A stretch of 64,000 nucleotides of DNA, taken from positions 4,526-68,525 of the IMG/VR virus record IMGVR_UViG_3300007963_000006. One strand, 5' to 3'. Position 1 is the stretch's first letter. Every line of letters starts with the position of its first letter. Below the pieces are notes generated by a model, which did not search any database, was not told the DNA's origin, and saw nothing but the letters and a program-made list of their open reading frames with translations. The stretch comes from a virus. Both the position numbers and the translations under genes were made by a program. This document shows positions 41,101 through 49,782 of this stretch, in pieces.

Positions 41101-41918
41101 AATAGGCCGGTTCGGATTGTTTGATTGGTCGCCAAATCATTGGCAATTGGTTCGTGGAATGTAATTGTCCGAGTAGCGGAGTCAATTTCCAAGATTTTAC
41201 CGAGATATTTACCCGCATTGAATCCAAAACCACTTCCCGGTGTCCCATCTTCAGCCGCATAAACCTTTGAATTCGGAGGCAGATTCGTCCATGAAATGGT
41301 TCCCGCTGTGGCGTTAAGCACGATGGATCGGGTGCTTCCCTTCAGATAATCGGTGCTTGATTTGTGAACACCGCCTGAATATGTGCCCGTTTTGAATGAC
41401 AAAATGTTGCTGTTTTGACAGGCATAGGTCGCTTCACCGCTCATTTTCACATATCGCGCTCGCAAATAGCGATAACGTGAATGCTTACCATTCTGTTCAT
41501 GGCGACTGGAATTGATAACTGCTGCAATATAGCGACAGGCTTCTTCAGTGCCCAAATCAAAGGTTTTGGCCGGTATATTCACAGAAGCCGAAGAATGCGT
41601 TCTTGAATTGTCATGGGCTTCCCTTGCTCGCTTCAAATCCACTATGACCTTGTTCCAACCCTGAAGGTTATATTCTCCACTTGTTGCATTCATTATGCTG
41701 CTTGTGGTATCATTCGCAAGATTGGTTCGGATTGTGACGTGCATTCCCTGTGATGCTGCTTGCCATGTAAAATCGGTGCTTGTTGCATCATCATACGCGG
41801 TATCAGGATAGGTGAAATAGAGGCTGAAATAACCACTTGCGGGCCGCGCATCATCTGAAGTCATAGTCAGAAGAGTAGCAGGATACTGCTTCTTCACGAA
41901 GGACTTGACTTCGGCCAT
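32106..41918 (-). CDS. Giant (about 3270 aa) tail-tip/adhesin protein
   Basis: Uninterrupted ORF; GSGY-type repeat; tail-hub-like C-terminus (DIQPGEILSV...LVMGQY). Confidence 0.75.
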   Translation of the reverse strand: MAEVKSFVKKQYPATLLTMTSDDARPASGYFSLYFTYPDTAYDDATSTDFTWQAASQGMHVTIRTNLANDTTSSIMNATSGEYNLQGWNKVIVDLKRAREAHDNSRTHSSASVNIPAKTFDLGTEEACRYIAAVINSSRHEQNGKHSRYRYLRARYVKMSGEATYACQNSNILSFKTGTYSGGVHKSSTDYLKGSTRSIVLNATAGTISWTNLPPNSKVYAAEDGTPGSGFGFNAGKYLGKILEIDSATRTITFHEPIANDLATNQTIRTGLFTAKLVGGEKKRRIPTDIPKRGTIVGNAVGGVDVGGNDLGGFTLTYDGWEIKSEGGHATATDFINFNITDVARSDVAINDVTTNQAWTIQNDTAEQHTVVVSWEMDAPTGGGYWGTANGGPIVHGLGTNLPVWHLTAKPMDGGNLGLPAVNAESRGAVPASHVTAHGYSRFSVEALNSCVMPDLPPPDMPFDGPVIMGETEADPFQWTGQNNLLTAHQKDDLLIQKPEFGTEMDKMGPYESGCLVSTNATLAAGSTASFKALAPSTKFIDHFKEGDYIYTAEGVSVGQISTGTTDSTIKDRHDTGFIVLGPKNRKSGLKVAHPYSYVDGSQIYNKSSLTESLTHHKVNSLSVIKVEGSDTVANTFTWDGIMARNYGGYPVKLFNSDHQSIGTMGFSRIMPKVLAGGGVCQAATISGGATDHPDTQKTLRVMTSDPNLLFTKGERIHAYSSSATYIHNTGITVNHPSGGGSSYATSVRTIRVSAACNVAIGGGSPSGGGEPSDHKISVGDTLYYNLSNNEYGVVESINNDGANTTITFVENIGHTALHGDSLYKVPYIGTISEISETDLGGGKGVYADGAGSTIVAGGPADTIGLVSGGSGYSAGTVATTGGTGSGLTVAITESSGNIQTVAIAAAGTGYSHGDSITISGGSGGTAGITVIGTTITLTEGVAGDPVSADAQHVLKVGWRLYGATSGNFIGEIESIKDENTIVLKSALRGGIANAIGDREEFKTIPTSEWQITLADNIAQDVREGAIIWGETLAPNLIGLVDPGTVGAGFSIVIPQSGTTQQPVLNGDAIYYEPINYTTATGTNYLQSDFDDENGARPVIFKATSNIGVNINEAAGSGTSLSTYHNSAEGNPGHILDSNGVKYATILASGHVVTGVDSTKTVGSNYYSYGTLSAFTKEITTGLAFYRSCAQVTLTGNIAVALENGQMLYKGEKPNKWQVTLENGQKMNADFGKYENGYSDQHAQISNLTNSNLVSNKAVVKNGLKSEATTITASTVQTRGSQGYVTRPYRVVRPVSTERVKGLVIPNEEQVWDNISVVDETGQELILQGGSPFGTVIKDYKFKQNRLNPATGTEVSRPSTPGSGIEPNLEIQLPSQNEIPGNIIVRSGHDRVQAWKNLSWGMGGLSPPRPDEPGVIEANTDPYDSTAGEATQFDTHDRVLHFHPVRILHDTMTTQFGLTPNTTPGAVPSGSTRLFAAHRLSDHVERGSVLKDTQNGVLATYTHPHQRIRFGRQGHHFISPCTIRGTPISLRRQLHRSHGSAYSLMFESETENKHWGFQSAYSGSPNPSSATLFYMDALESKSEAFNTGAFSADGFPLGEIGYSGLPNHHRMYSGVATTHGTHDVLFGPGQEHTLVEGHREQAKFVTNTHRKGAGIGPYSSVVQSGTMAISTETRTAVNRFNTSDEFAINGFFLNQYQLMGGRPHPSWVVSVNPSHNYNLIGKAQGWHQPRVGTELGTVPPLFGHDPEMLNASATPIAITESPSAAGHFTQSSTHTDLGLLKANETNSGAAPDAFLCTWLAEYSHPALFGTSREHFMAFRYREAGMPNAVAYPAVRGLLLRNASVGAITAATPRVAAPFERIYAFQWLQNYGYNALNAGGHGANWGQRATSAVLMGHSGLREPQGTIELRQHFVAAGAKARYSRGEGIGDALHPAKSVSRRVLDKDAVNSYIWSEVTTVENPVVAIDVSRRLPVRAWGFRSGSDALNMLSGDPTEILGTQQKIQRSARFDGGLHDTMQKLPTVSDGADWRWPTTYTGAERAVPIGVVLSEHSSEGCGCEGFNRLSNSPWEEGEKKVGMGRVLNHHDLGMVKPSAMPAGVMDSHGIDFTDISDDTSKFLHAKTVNTGSDPIIGLNHHSGEATLAANSVEAVTQSSAFTGGGFHHHKGNNLHINAHPIDYRVNSADQKHFPAHGWGQSLNMKLKASPPSGERGTMPIPLSEIADHRQVQSDLSPRLGLVAETNTERNNAKRTDYAVTSTKAVSLHSDLAVGQQFPVTPSWVQQTKWTKYGGSIGSITTVAANPDLPYGGAAAPNHRLSKPQFCLNRNENLGAVALSDSTKEFDGTGVQDHWAVRGSGDLPAWGGVFILRKTWLERGENNDIRRTDISAHASAKPQVAQPVRKTADYIVRMVRPLKVFGYSTLMDADGSTVLNQDGWLLGAFSTLTQANCKHQVFTRDKRYGMFELNSSKTPGNTLPITSPHDSAPMIEWPDANNRDVTWHLIPSANMLQHFKSDASRRDRDGKLYPLIDARYSQSTHPGGGEVASQTETRYAVDGTVVIDPYPRRERDGVAVAKQPKYAMTTLGPRAEIKLDSGATITVNDATGFPASGTLVIIGLTGQLTYSGRTENKLTISASTGQCSSISDLAGYTVRFGKNASASVASKITDLYPTTHSLVILPSLVDNAVSLALSLTDKWDATSSDDTTQYSPNISYRGLGHYNPSDFFMLTPQEFLLTDGQTSGVLTYPKYPGTGGLSDIYVDGKLLSASNCPPYLLDGAHMRWRVAGARIDVGNGDSYDYELQFRNLTGGSLSGAGMSIADGNLVRLTHWMSVGARTSDVALMVMNDLQTKLPGIDLIRERALNEQKKQDDGPYKALVTGTPARGSSDTTALSAFVSAHPSLRSAMLHSGVFVSRSIRGIGVLDILRNLSQTDGYQMVMDDSGLLLYSPEVFIGRDRRIGSSSGPQLIEVSAMLEMANQAIVEGDEIAMNEKIRGVIKDLEKMKQMGGGTDDSVIRSVTEIIPGLRDPNLALRLAKSKLNRTEQGAAIIRVEGLLQANDIQPGEILSVDFVMEGIRGQFAVFEAFHDYMNGTTNLVMGQYEKGIEGLLADLQMASGSGTTNDDAGRISERIEMALTAPIRIKAVSRISTRMVNGTRFLIGGRHRGSPTTSRLGCIGVQGGLTGVLKDGAIGASSTTTVAVDTVDATLRFKQHDAVYVREPTAHTPLLVGYVNSVTSTAITLKANNAVAVADNAELMVASARAPPIGHSKSVFYEVR

Positions 41919-41919
41919 G

Positions 41920-44900
41920 TTAATTCCACACCGACCTCGCGTTGTAAAGCGTTGTGATTTCACTTGCCGAAAGCACCTTATTCCACAGGGCTACTTCGCT
42001 CAATCGGCCCTTGAAATAAATTGGATTGGAATTGGTGACTGTGAGATCATACGGCTCCCCGTAGTAGTAAGACCCCGTGAGATCGTATGCCTCATGTGAA
42101 CATAGACTGATACCGATAGCCGCCATATTTGCCGCACGACCATAGAGGCCAGTCGCAAGAGCAGACACCTTCTTCAAATTGTTAGTGTTCGGTGCTTCGG
42201 CCAAAATCCCTTCCTTGAATCCAATCGTTGTAGCATTGAGGGAATCAACAATGCCGAGGAATACCCCTGCATTTGTAAATACCTCATCTCCAATCGAAAA
42301 GTGAGTCAAGGCACTTGCACCACCAACGGTAATTGTGGTCCCACCCACCGCAACGGTTCCACTGACAACAACGCCGGACACTGCAAGTGTGCCCACACCG
42401 ATCCCTGCGGTCAAATGGGGTTGTCCTGAATTTGAACCGGCGTTATAGCCCGCATCCCCTGTGACCACATGATCAGTGTCGGTTGATGTGTTGGTTGTTG
42501 CTTTTACTGCCCCATTGACGTAAATGAGAGGAATACCTGTGCTTCCGTCACTTGTCACAACAACGTGATACCAAGCATCTTTAGCACCTGTCAGGGACAC
42601 ATTGGTGGTGGTGGCGAGATTTGTTCCGGCTGCTGCACTTGCATTCGCAATAATTTTGTAATCCCAATGACTTGTTGTGGAATGTTGTTTGCTGATAATT
42701 GACACGCCCCATTGTTTGCCGTTTGCGTCTATGCCTTGAAGAACGGGTCCATTCCCATGAGCCGCACTTGACCAAGTGCCCGTATTGCCGGGATGAACAA
42801 AGAATGAAATTGACCACGGGGTAGTCACCATATTCGCAGGGATGGGAACGCGGGGAAGAACCTGATTGGTTCCGTTAATCTCAATCTTGTGTAGTGATAT
42901 GGCGGTATGTGCATTCCCACTTGGTGTAGCGTGCGCTCCCTGCAATAATGCCCCGCTTGCATCACCATCAACGGTCACGGCAGAAGCAGCCACAGCCGCT
43001 AACGCCGACGACCAATTACCGAATGCCTTCAATTTCGTTCCATATAGATCTTCTGCATCAATTTCTGTTCCTGTTGTCAGGCCGTGATTTGTGGAACCCA
43101 ATGATGCGTGATTCATCCTCACATAGAACAGACAATCATGCGTCATCAAATGGGCACTGGCCGCAGCCACGCCTGTTGAAGTGACCGTTTGTGCATGATG
43201 AATGCCGCGATAGGTATTCTCCTTGACAGTATCACTGTTGCGAATTTCGGTGAAATCTAACACTGCGGCTGATGTTTGGACTTCTTGCAGATTTTGGAAT
43301 CCTGAATACCCAGTCGGCCCTTTGGCGTAATGGTGGGTGTAAAAATCGCTGTAATCATTGGCGGTTCCATCGCTTACGTCGAACGTCACACCAGTGTGAC
43401 CACCACCAAAGAATAGAATTCCGTGAGCGTCAATCAATGGTGAAATCACTTTGATTGGCACTTCTTTGAAATTCCCGTCACTATCATAGAACAAGTCCTT
43501 CCACTTCTTGCCCAATGAGCGATCCAATGGATACACATTCCACAGCCCCGCACAAGCACCTGTTCCCGATGCCCTGCTGATGGTGCCACCAATACCGGCT
43601 GCGTTGTGAGTAAATGTGCCTAAATGCTTGTCATCGACCAAAATAAGTCCTTCATTCCCCCATGTAGTGGCTTTTGAAATGCGTCTTAGAGCGTCCAGTG
43701 CTTTTCGCTCAACCCACAATATGGATTGGGTATCAGGGTCGTAGGGGGGTAAATCACTATTGCTTGTGTCCTTTGGATTTCGCACCGTTTTGAATTCAAA
43801 TTCCTGACCAATGCCGTTGTAGGTTCGCAAATTTCCGTCCAAGTCCTCGACAGCACCATGCACGCCTCCCTGAAATGTAGTGATAGGGACGTGTGTTTCA
43901 CCATCCATCCCCAACGGAAGAGGGGCAGGGAATGACCCTGCTTGATACGATCTGCTGTTTGTCGCAACCAACCCACCATGACCAACAGCCTGAATGGGCC
44001 GATATGGATATGGGCCGTAATTATTCAACCACACGGCAAAATTGCGTCCAGTAGCACCGGGAATAGTGCTGTGAATGACAATTGACCTTCCTTGTTCACC
44101 ATCACGACTTTCCACATCGCCTCCGAGGAAAGCACGAATATACCCCATGTGACTTCCAGTATCGTCAGAAGTTACAGTGTAGGTTCCTTCTGCCGCTGTG
44201 AAAAGAGTCGGTGGGTCAAAGGCACTTCCGCCATTTTCATTCTTTGCCAATGGGTGCCCTGCTTGGTTAATTTGGCGGATTAACTCATCCACCGCATCAT
44301 CAAATTTAGTCACTGTGCCCTTGCTACTCACTTCACCCAATTTGATACGCATTGGTCGCACATAATCCAATGTGTTATCACTACGCTTGCCCTTGAGAGC
44401 AAGATAGCCGCTTCGACATTCGATTGGAGGGACGAGGGGAATGTCGTCATTCCCATAGAGATAATTGCCGGGGTCAAAGGAGAATCCTTCCATTGTTGGT
44501 CCGTCATTGATGAGAATTGCTTCATTGTCGTCTGGATCGATGCAAATTCTTGTAGTGCCACTTCCGTGTCGAAGTCCCAAAGCCCGCTCCATCGGCAGCA
44601 CAAAATTCTGTGCAAGAGTCGCGTTAGACGTTGATGCGCCCACCGTTATTCCGGTCAAATCACTGACACCCACTTGCCCTTCACCGGCTTCATCTGTTAG
44701 CCAACAGCCCATCACAACGGGGAGGCCAGTAATCATTTTTCGTTCAATTCCACCACCGCCTGTGGGTCCGGCAGCATTGTTGTCAAAATCGTGAAATCGG
44801 TTCCAATAGAGGCGGTGTGAATCGCCGTTGATTTCCATTTTCCAAATATGCAATCGAAGCCCCCTTTCACTTAGAATGCCTTCTCCGACAGTCACAACAA

Positions 44901-47142
44901 ATCCGTTGCCATCGGGGTCATCGCCCACGGCGTCAAGAGTCCAAATTTGATTATTCGCAGGTTGGAGATGACCATTCGTAGGGGCAGCGATGCCGTGAAG
45001 TCCACCTTCTCGGACAAAAGGCAGCACACTATCCACTTCAAAATAAGACGAAGCCGGATGAGTCCCATAGTATGCCAAATCCACACTTTCCCCATGAGCA
45101 GAATTGTATTCAGACCTGCGAATGTAAGTGGCTGCACTTTCACGCATACAACGCACCCATACGTTACCGACCACTTTTGCCTGATCGTGAACTTTCAATG
45201 CTGACACCATATTTTTCATGCCCCAATCAATGGCCCATCTGCTCTCATGCTGTTGCATTTGAGGGCGATTTGCCGCTGTCATACTACAATCGAGAATCAA
45301 TTCCATTGATTGGTCATCGGGAAGAGGGGTTCGCTTGTTTTCGCTACTACTCAACCGTTTTTCAGTATCATAGAACATGGAGGGGAATAAGGGCAATTCC
45401 ACCAATGCGCGGGTTGATGCGTAGTATGTGGACGTTTGACGGTCATTTCGCACCGATGGATTACCCGCGCCAACGATGCGGTCTTTCCAAACAGGCAGGA
45501 ATGAATGTTCGGTGCGATCCGGCTTGATGTCAATTGCACCTTGACCGACACCACCCATCATCAGACTCACAGAAGGAGAACCCAAGTCACCAATCTCCTT
45601 GACTGGGTATCCTTCAGTCAAATTGAAGTCCCTTTCAGCGACTCTATCTGAAATATCCATCAATTGAGAGCGGCCTCGCACCAAAACACCACTTCCACCA
45701 CTTTCAGCATCAGAATTAGGTGCGATTTCCTCCACTCGACCCCGCATAAGCATCAATTCAATAGAACATGAATGATAATCGCTCTTGGAATTGTGTGTTG
45801 TGTAAAGGGTGCCCAATGTATTGCTTCTATGGCGATTTTTTGGGTGAATAAGCAGTAAATGACGGTCTGCCTCCACGATATTGTCGATAATGTCGAATTG
45901 TTCCAAACAGACTGGTTGCTGACTGGAAGTGCCGCTTGTCAATGCGGTTTGCTTGCCATTTACTCTAACAGACAGGGTGTGATAAGCCGAATCGCTCTTA
46001 GACACAGGAGATCGGGTGTTTGCTTGCGCCATCGGCACCCCAATTCCTGAATTTGTTCCTTTTTCTAAGCCCGCAAGTGACCTTTGGGCGACAGTATGGG
46101 CACAATTTTCCAAATTGATGAATGGAGAATTGGTTATGCCTCCACTTGGGTTCATTTGGAGGCTGTTTGAACGCACTTGGCCCTCTAAGTCCTTCGTTGG
46201 AATAGAAATCAGGCCACCGGGGGCATGAATTGTGAGCGGGGTCCATGTGTTATTGGCATTGGCCGTAGTGTAAGGCAATCTCAACCAATCGAATAAGGGC
46301 CGATAATTCGGAGAAGCACCGGAATTGTCAATATACACCGTATTCGCATCGGGCACTGTGCGTTTTACCACCAACCATCCACGTTTAGCAGCATTATTGA
46401 TGCCTTGTAAGTCATTTGCAGCCCATGAATGAGAGGCAATCGCAGATGCAAAGGAACTTCCTTTCCATGAAGCCACCACTTCTCCGCTCAAATCCACAGC
46501 ATCATAATAGATCAAGATTTTGGGTGGGCCACCCGATGAAATGAGATCGGCGGGTGAATCAATCACTGCGACTCTTGGTTCTTGTTCAGGGGTCAAGTGT
46601 CGAATGTAATTTTCATTCGTCGGTTTGCTCAAATCGGTGAAATCAAACAATGCGTCATGTTCGGTATCCAAATCCTTGAGAGCGAATGGTCGAATATCTT
46701 CAACAGCAATAGCCACAATGGTGTTTGCACTTGAACTGGTGACGTTGGTTGAACCATCATAGTATGACAGGCCACCTTGTTGCACAATTGCACTGGTTTT
46801 CGCACTGCCTGATGTCGCAGTGAATGTCCCAATGGCTGATTTCGTCTGCGTTGAAAGGATTTCACCTTGATATACAGTGCGTGTGACATTCACCTTGTCA
46901 TTCATTGACACCATAGACGCAACCGAAGGATCTTCATAGCCGGATTCAAAACGATCTGCCAAGCCTTGAACGGTTCGATTGACCGTTTCGCTTTTTGGGT
47001 CAGGCATTCGCTTCAAATAGAAATGGCCCTCAACGCGATTGTAAGATGTAATGCCGCACATACCGGGAAAATCGCTTGAGATTTCACCCAATGTATTGGT
47101 TGTGGGCGAATATCCTTCTGTTGGTTCTGTCGGCATAATCAC
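41920..47142 (-). CDS. Large tail protein with C-terminal LamG/ConA-like domain
   Basis: WSISFF, WYHVVVT..LIYVNG, FKGRLSEVALWNKVLSASEITTLY. Confidence 0.8.
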   Translation of the reverse strand: MIMPTEPTEGYSPTTNTLGEISSDFPGMCGITSYNRVEGHFYLKRMPDPKSETVNRTVQGLADRFESGYEDPSVASMVSMNDKVNVTRTVYQGEILSTQTKSAIGTFTATSGSAKTSAIVQQGGLSYYDGSTNVTSSSANTIVAIAVEDIRPFALKDLDTEHDALFDFTDLSKPTNENYIRHLTPEQEPRVAVIDSPADLISSGGPPKILIYYDAVDLSGEVVASWKGSSFASAIASHSWAANDLQGINNAAKRGWLVVKRTVPDANTVYIDNSGASPNYRPLFDWLRLPYTTANANNTWTPLTIHAPGGLISIPTKDLEGQVRSNSLQMNPSGGITNSPFINLENCAHTVAQRSLAGLEKGTNSGIGVPMAQANTRSPVSKSDSAYHTLSVRVNGKQTALTSGTSSQQPVCLEQFDIIDNIVEADRHLLLIHPKNRHRSNTLGTLYTTHNSKSDYHSCSIELMLMRGRVEEIAPNSDAESGGSGVLVRGRSQLMDISDRVAERDFNLTEGYPVKEIGDLGSPSVSLMMGGVGQGAIDIKPDRTEHSFLPVWKDRIVGAGNPSVRNDRQTSTYYASTRALVELPLFPSMFYDTEKRLSSSENKRTPLPDDQSMELILDCSMTAANRPQMQQHESRWAIDWGMKNMVSALKVHDQAKVVGNVWVRCMRESAATYIRRSEYNSAHGESVDLAYYGTHPASSYFEVDSVLPFVREGGLHGIAAPTNGHLQPANNQIWTLDAVGDDPDGNGFVVTVGEGILSERGLRLHIWKMEINGDSHRLYWNRFHDFDNNAAGPTGGGGIERKMITGLPVVMGCWLTDEAGEGQVGVSDLTGITVGASTSNATLAQNFVLPMERALGLRHGSGTTRICIDPDDNEAILINDGPTMEGFSFDPGNYLYGNDDIPLVPPIECRSGYLALKGKRSDNTLDYVRPMRIKLGEVSSKGTVTKFDDAVDELIRQINQAGHPLAKNENGGSAFDPPTLFTAAEGTYTVTSDDTGSHMGYIRAFLGGDVESRDGEQGRSIVIHSTIPGATGRNFAVWLNNYGPYPYRPIQAVGHGGLVATNSRSYQAGSFPAPLPLGMDGETHVPITTFQGGVHGAVEDLDGNLRTYNGIGQEFEFKTVRNPKDTSNSDLPPYDPDTQSILWVERKALDALRRISKATTWGNEGLILVDDKHLGTFTHNAAGIGGTISRASGTGACAGLWNVYPLDRSLGKKWKDLFYDSDGNFKEVPIKVISPLIDAHGILFFGGGHTGVTFDVSDGTANDYSDFYTHHYAKGPTGYSGFQNLQEVQTSAAVLDFTEIRNSDTVKENTYRGIHHAQTVTSTGVAAASAHLMTHDCLFYVRMNHASLGSTNHGLTTGTEIDAEDLYGTKLKAFGNWSSALAAVAASAVTVDGDASGALLQGAHATPSGNAHTAISLHKIEINGTNQVLPRVPIPANMVTTPWSISFFVHPGNTGTWSSAAHGNGPVLQGIDANGKQWGVSIISKQHSTTSHWDYKIIANASAAAGTNLATTTNVSLTGAKDAWYHVVVTSDGSTGIPLIYVNGAVKATTNTSTDTDHVVTGDAGYNAGSNSGQPHLTAGIGVGTLAVSGVVVSGTVAVGGTTITVGGASALTHFSIGDEVFTNAGVFLGIVDSLNATTIGFKEGILAEAPNTNNLKKVSALATGLYGRAANMAAIGISLCSHEAYDLTGSYYYGEPYDLTVTNSNPIYFKGRLSEVALWNKVLSASEITTLYNARSVWN

Positions 47143-49778
47143 ACCCCGTATCGGTCCTCAAACCATTGTTGAACATCAGAATGCTCCGCACTCGATAGGA
47201 ATTTCGGATAAGCCACCACTTCATGGATAATGAATCCGGGTGGTGCGATATTGGAATAAATGTTAGCGGCTCCGGCGGCAGTTAATTTACCCAAAATTTC
47301 CAAACCACCCGTTTGAGCAGTAGCAGTGTCAAACACTACGGGATTTGTAGTGGCGTAGGCGTGGCCTCCTGCTAATTCAGTGTTATTCGTGCCACCTTCA
47401 TTCCTCCATCCCCAGTAAATTTTGCTTGCCGATTCATCTATCCTTGCGCTGACAAGGCAAGGTGTTCCTGCGGTGGGGCGATAACCACTTCCGGGGGATG
47501 TCGTAGTCCCTGCTGCGGCAAGAACTGGACTTCCGCTGCCGTTATCCAATTGCAGATCGAATCCATCATTAACCACATTCCCAACCAGTGTAATGGCTCG
47601 ACTGGCAACATAGGTGGGTGTGATTACAAAATACCATGACCAATCACCGTCCGTCATACTTGGCCCACCACCATAAAGTGTGGAAAGATGTTCTGTTCCA
47701 AATGCCCTTTGCCCTGTGGTCCCACTGACTTCAGGCTGACGAATTCCACCTTGACCGGACACCCAACCTGCACCATCATAATACACAAGGGGATGTAATG
47801 GACTCCGAGGGACGATTTCCGATCCTGCAAGTGTAGGCATACCGACAGGAAAAACTTCTGTTGTAGTGCCACTATGAACCAATTCAGAAGGACTGGCGAC
47901 AACCAAACCCGCTCGATTATTTGCATTACCGCAATTCTGCTTCCAACGCCAACCGCCCCATCCATAGAAATGGTAATTGTTCGGGCTGATGGGTGCTTTA
48001 TTCCTCCACCAATGCACGAATTGGTCGTTGCTAACAACACTTGCACCGTTGTATGCCTTGACTGTTGTTTTGTCATTAGCGTCAAGCCAAAGCATAACAT
48101 CCGTAGCCATAGGGGGCTGATAATCTGCTGCCGAACCCATAACACCGGCAACTTGATTTTGCATATCGGCATTGTAGCGAGAATGGGTGGAAATGAAATA
48201 AGCATCATTTTGGCTTGGGCTACTATCTGAAAATCGTTGATTTTGAGTAAATCTTGCTCTCGTCATTTGACCCGTGATACGATTTCCAATGGGTGCTTCA
48301 AAACCGGGGTCAATGACCAAATCGCCATTTCCGAGGGTGAACCAAACTGGTGTGTTGTCAGGGTGGTCGAATAGAAATCCCTGTGTATATGGATTGACAT
48401 TTGCAGATGAAAGAATGCTACTTTGCACGACTACACATGGGGGACGAGCAGGACTACTTGCATTCCCTTCAAAATCAATGGCGACAATTCGCATCCGTTC
48501 AATTGGATTCACCATTGGGTCAAGATCTATGCCACCTTCCGGTGATGAATCGTGATAGCCAAATGTGGATACACTGCCACCAGTCATTGGATCGGTGCCT
48601 GAAGCATTGACAATGGCATTCAGATTTGATACCGGAATTCCGTCTGAATGGTAATTGGCCCCAGTGATTTGTGACGAAACGTCCAAGATACCACTACCCC
48701 ACCACGATTGGAGAGGCAATTCTTCCACTGGTATTGACAGCATATAGGATGCAAGCAATTCCAACGCAGTGGGCCGTTCTGTTAAGCCCGCAACCACACT
48801 ATCAGGGAAGTCACGGATGCGGAAATAGCCGTAATCATAGCCCGATGCAAGAGTAAGTGGGTGGCCTGATGCGGGACTTACGGCCCCACCGGGGGCCACA
48901 TTTGTGAAATCATAACCAACACACACCATCGGTTGGGGCATAAGTCCCTCATTCTCCGATCCCACCCCATCTTTACCTTGATGGGGATGTGCCGGATTTC
49001 GGTTGTTGAAAAAATGGAGATTGGGTATGTCATCTTCGTCCTCAAACGTCCAAAGGCCGACAGTATCAGGTAACAATGTAAGCGGTTGCATCTTTGGCTC
49101 TATGACCCCACGACTGACACGAACACTTTCAATTACACCACGATATTCACCGCCCCGACCTCCGATAAACAAATCGGAAGATGATGATTTTATGATTCGT
49201 TCTTCGCCCCCGAAATCCATATCCGCCACTAAATCGGTATTGATGTAAATTCTCATCCGTGTGCCTGTAAATTGAGCATTGACGTATAGCAATTCACGGG
49301 AAGGTAAATCCAAATCGTGTGGCTTGCTTTCACCGCCGCTGTATGTATCCCAATTGTCACTATTCAAAGGGAAATTGATAGCAGAACTGACTCTTTCCCC
49401 AATGACTTTACCGGCAGAATTGCGAGTATGCAATTCAAACACAGCAGGTGCCGCACTGAATGGCTCTCCAACCTTTAGGGTGTAACCCCCTTCTTTGTGC
49501 AGAATAACCCCGCCCCGATCAGGAATAACAAACGCTTCAAGTGTGAATGAACCAATCAAATTGTTGAGATTGTTGCCTTCGTTGGGATGGTGTCGTTGCC
49601 CCACCTTTGGATCGTCGCTTTCATACGACGATACCTTGTTTGTGCCGCCGGTCTTTTCAGTGTGAGCAGCATTGAATAAATCGACACCACTTTCACGATA
49701 TGCCCCAGTGGGCACAATCATACCGTCCGTGTAGCCGTTCAATCGAACTGCCTTTGAATTGAGAATATGAATCGGCAC
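47139..49778 (-). CDS. Tail protein with LamG-like domains
   Basis: FTLEAFV, LFIGG..YRGVIESVRVS, LWLDAND, EVVAYPKFLS. Confidence 0.8.
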   Translation of the reverse strand: MPIHILNSKAVRLNGYTDGMIVPTGAYRESGVDLFNAAHTEKTGGTNKVSSYESDDPKVGQRHHPNEGNNLNNLIGSFTLEAFVIPDRGGVILHKEGGYTLKVGEPFSAAPAVFELHTRNSAGKVIGERVSSAINFPLNSDNWDTYSGGESKPHDLDLPSRELLYVNAQFTGTRMRIYINTDLVADMDFGGEERIIKSSSSDLFIGGRGGEYRGVIESVRVSRGVIEPKMQPLTLLPDTVGLWTFEDEDDIPNLHFFNNRNPAHPHQGKDGVGSENEGLMPQPMVCVGYDFTNVAPGGAVSPASGHPLTLASGYDYGYFRIRDFPDSVVAGLTERPTALELLASYMLSIPVEELPLQSWWGSGILDVSSQITGANYHSDGIPVSNLNAIVNASGTDPMTGGSVSTFGYHDSSPEGGIDLDPMVNPIERMRIVAIDFEGNASSPARPPCVVVQSSILSSANVNPYTQGFLFDHPDNTPVWFTLGNGDLVIDPGFEAPIGNRITGQMTRARFTQNQRFSDSSPSQNDAYFISTHSRYNADMQNQVAGVMGSAADYQPPMATDVMLWLDANDKTTVKAYNGASVVSNDQFVHWWRNKAPISPNNYHFYGWGGWRWKQNCGNANNRAGLVVASPSELVHSGTTTEVFPVGMPTLAGSEIVPRSPLHPLVYYDGAGWVSGQGGIRQPEVSGTTGQRAFGTEHLSTLYGGGPSMTDGDWSWYFVITPTYVASRAITLVGNVVNDGFDLQLDNGSGSPVLAAAGTTTSPGSGYRPTAGTPCLVSARIDESASKIYWGWRNEGGTNNTELAGGHAYATTNPVVFDTATAQTGGLEILGKLTAAGAANIYSNIAPPGFIIHEVVAYPKFLSSAEHSDVQQWFEDRYGV

Positions 49779-49782
49779 AATA

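Noticed and set aside
32106-49778. Diversity-generating retroelement targeting tail proteins
   Set aside because: No reverse transcriptase and no TR/VR repeat pair noticed
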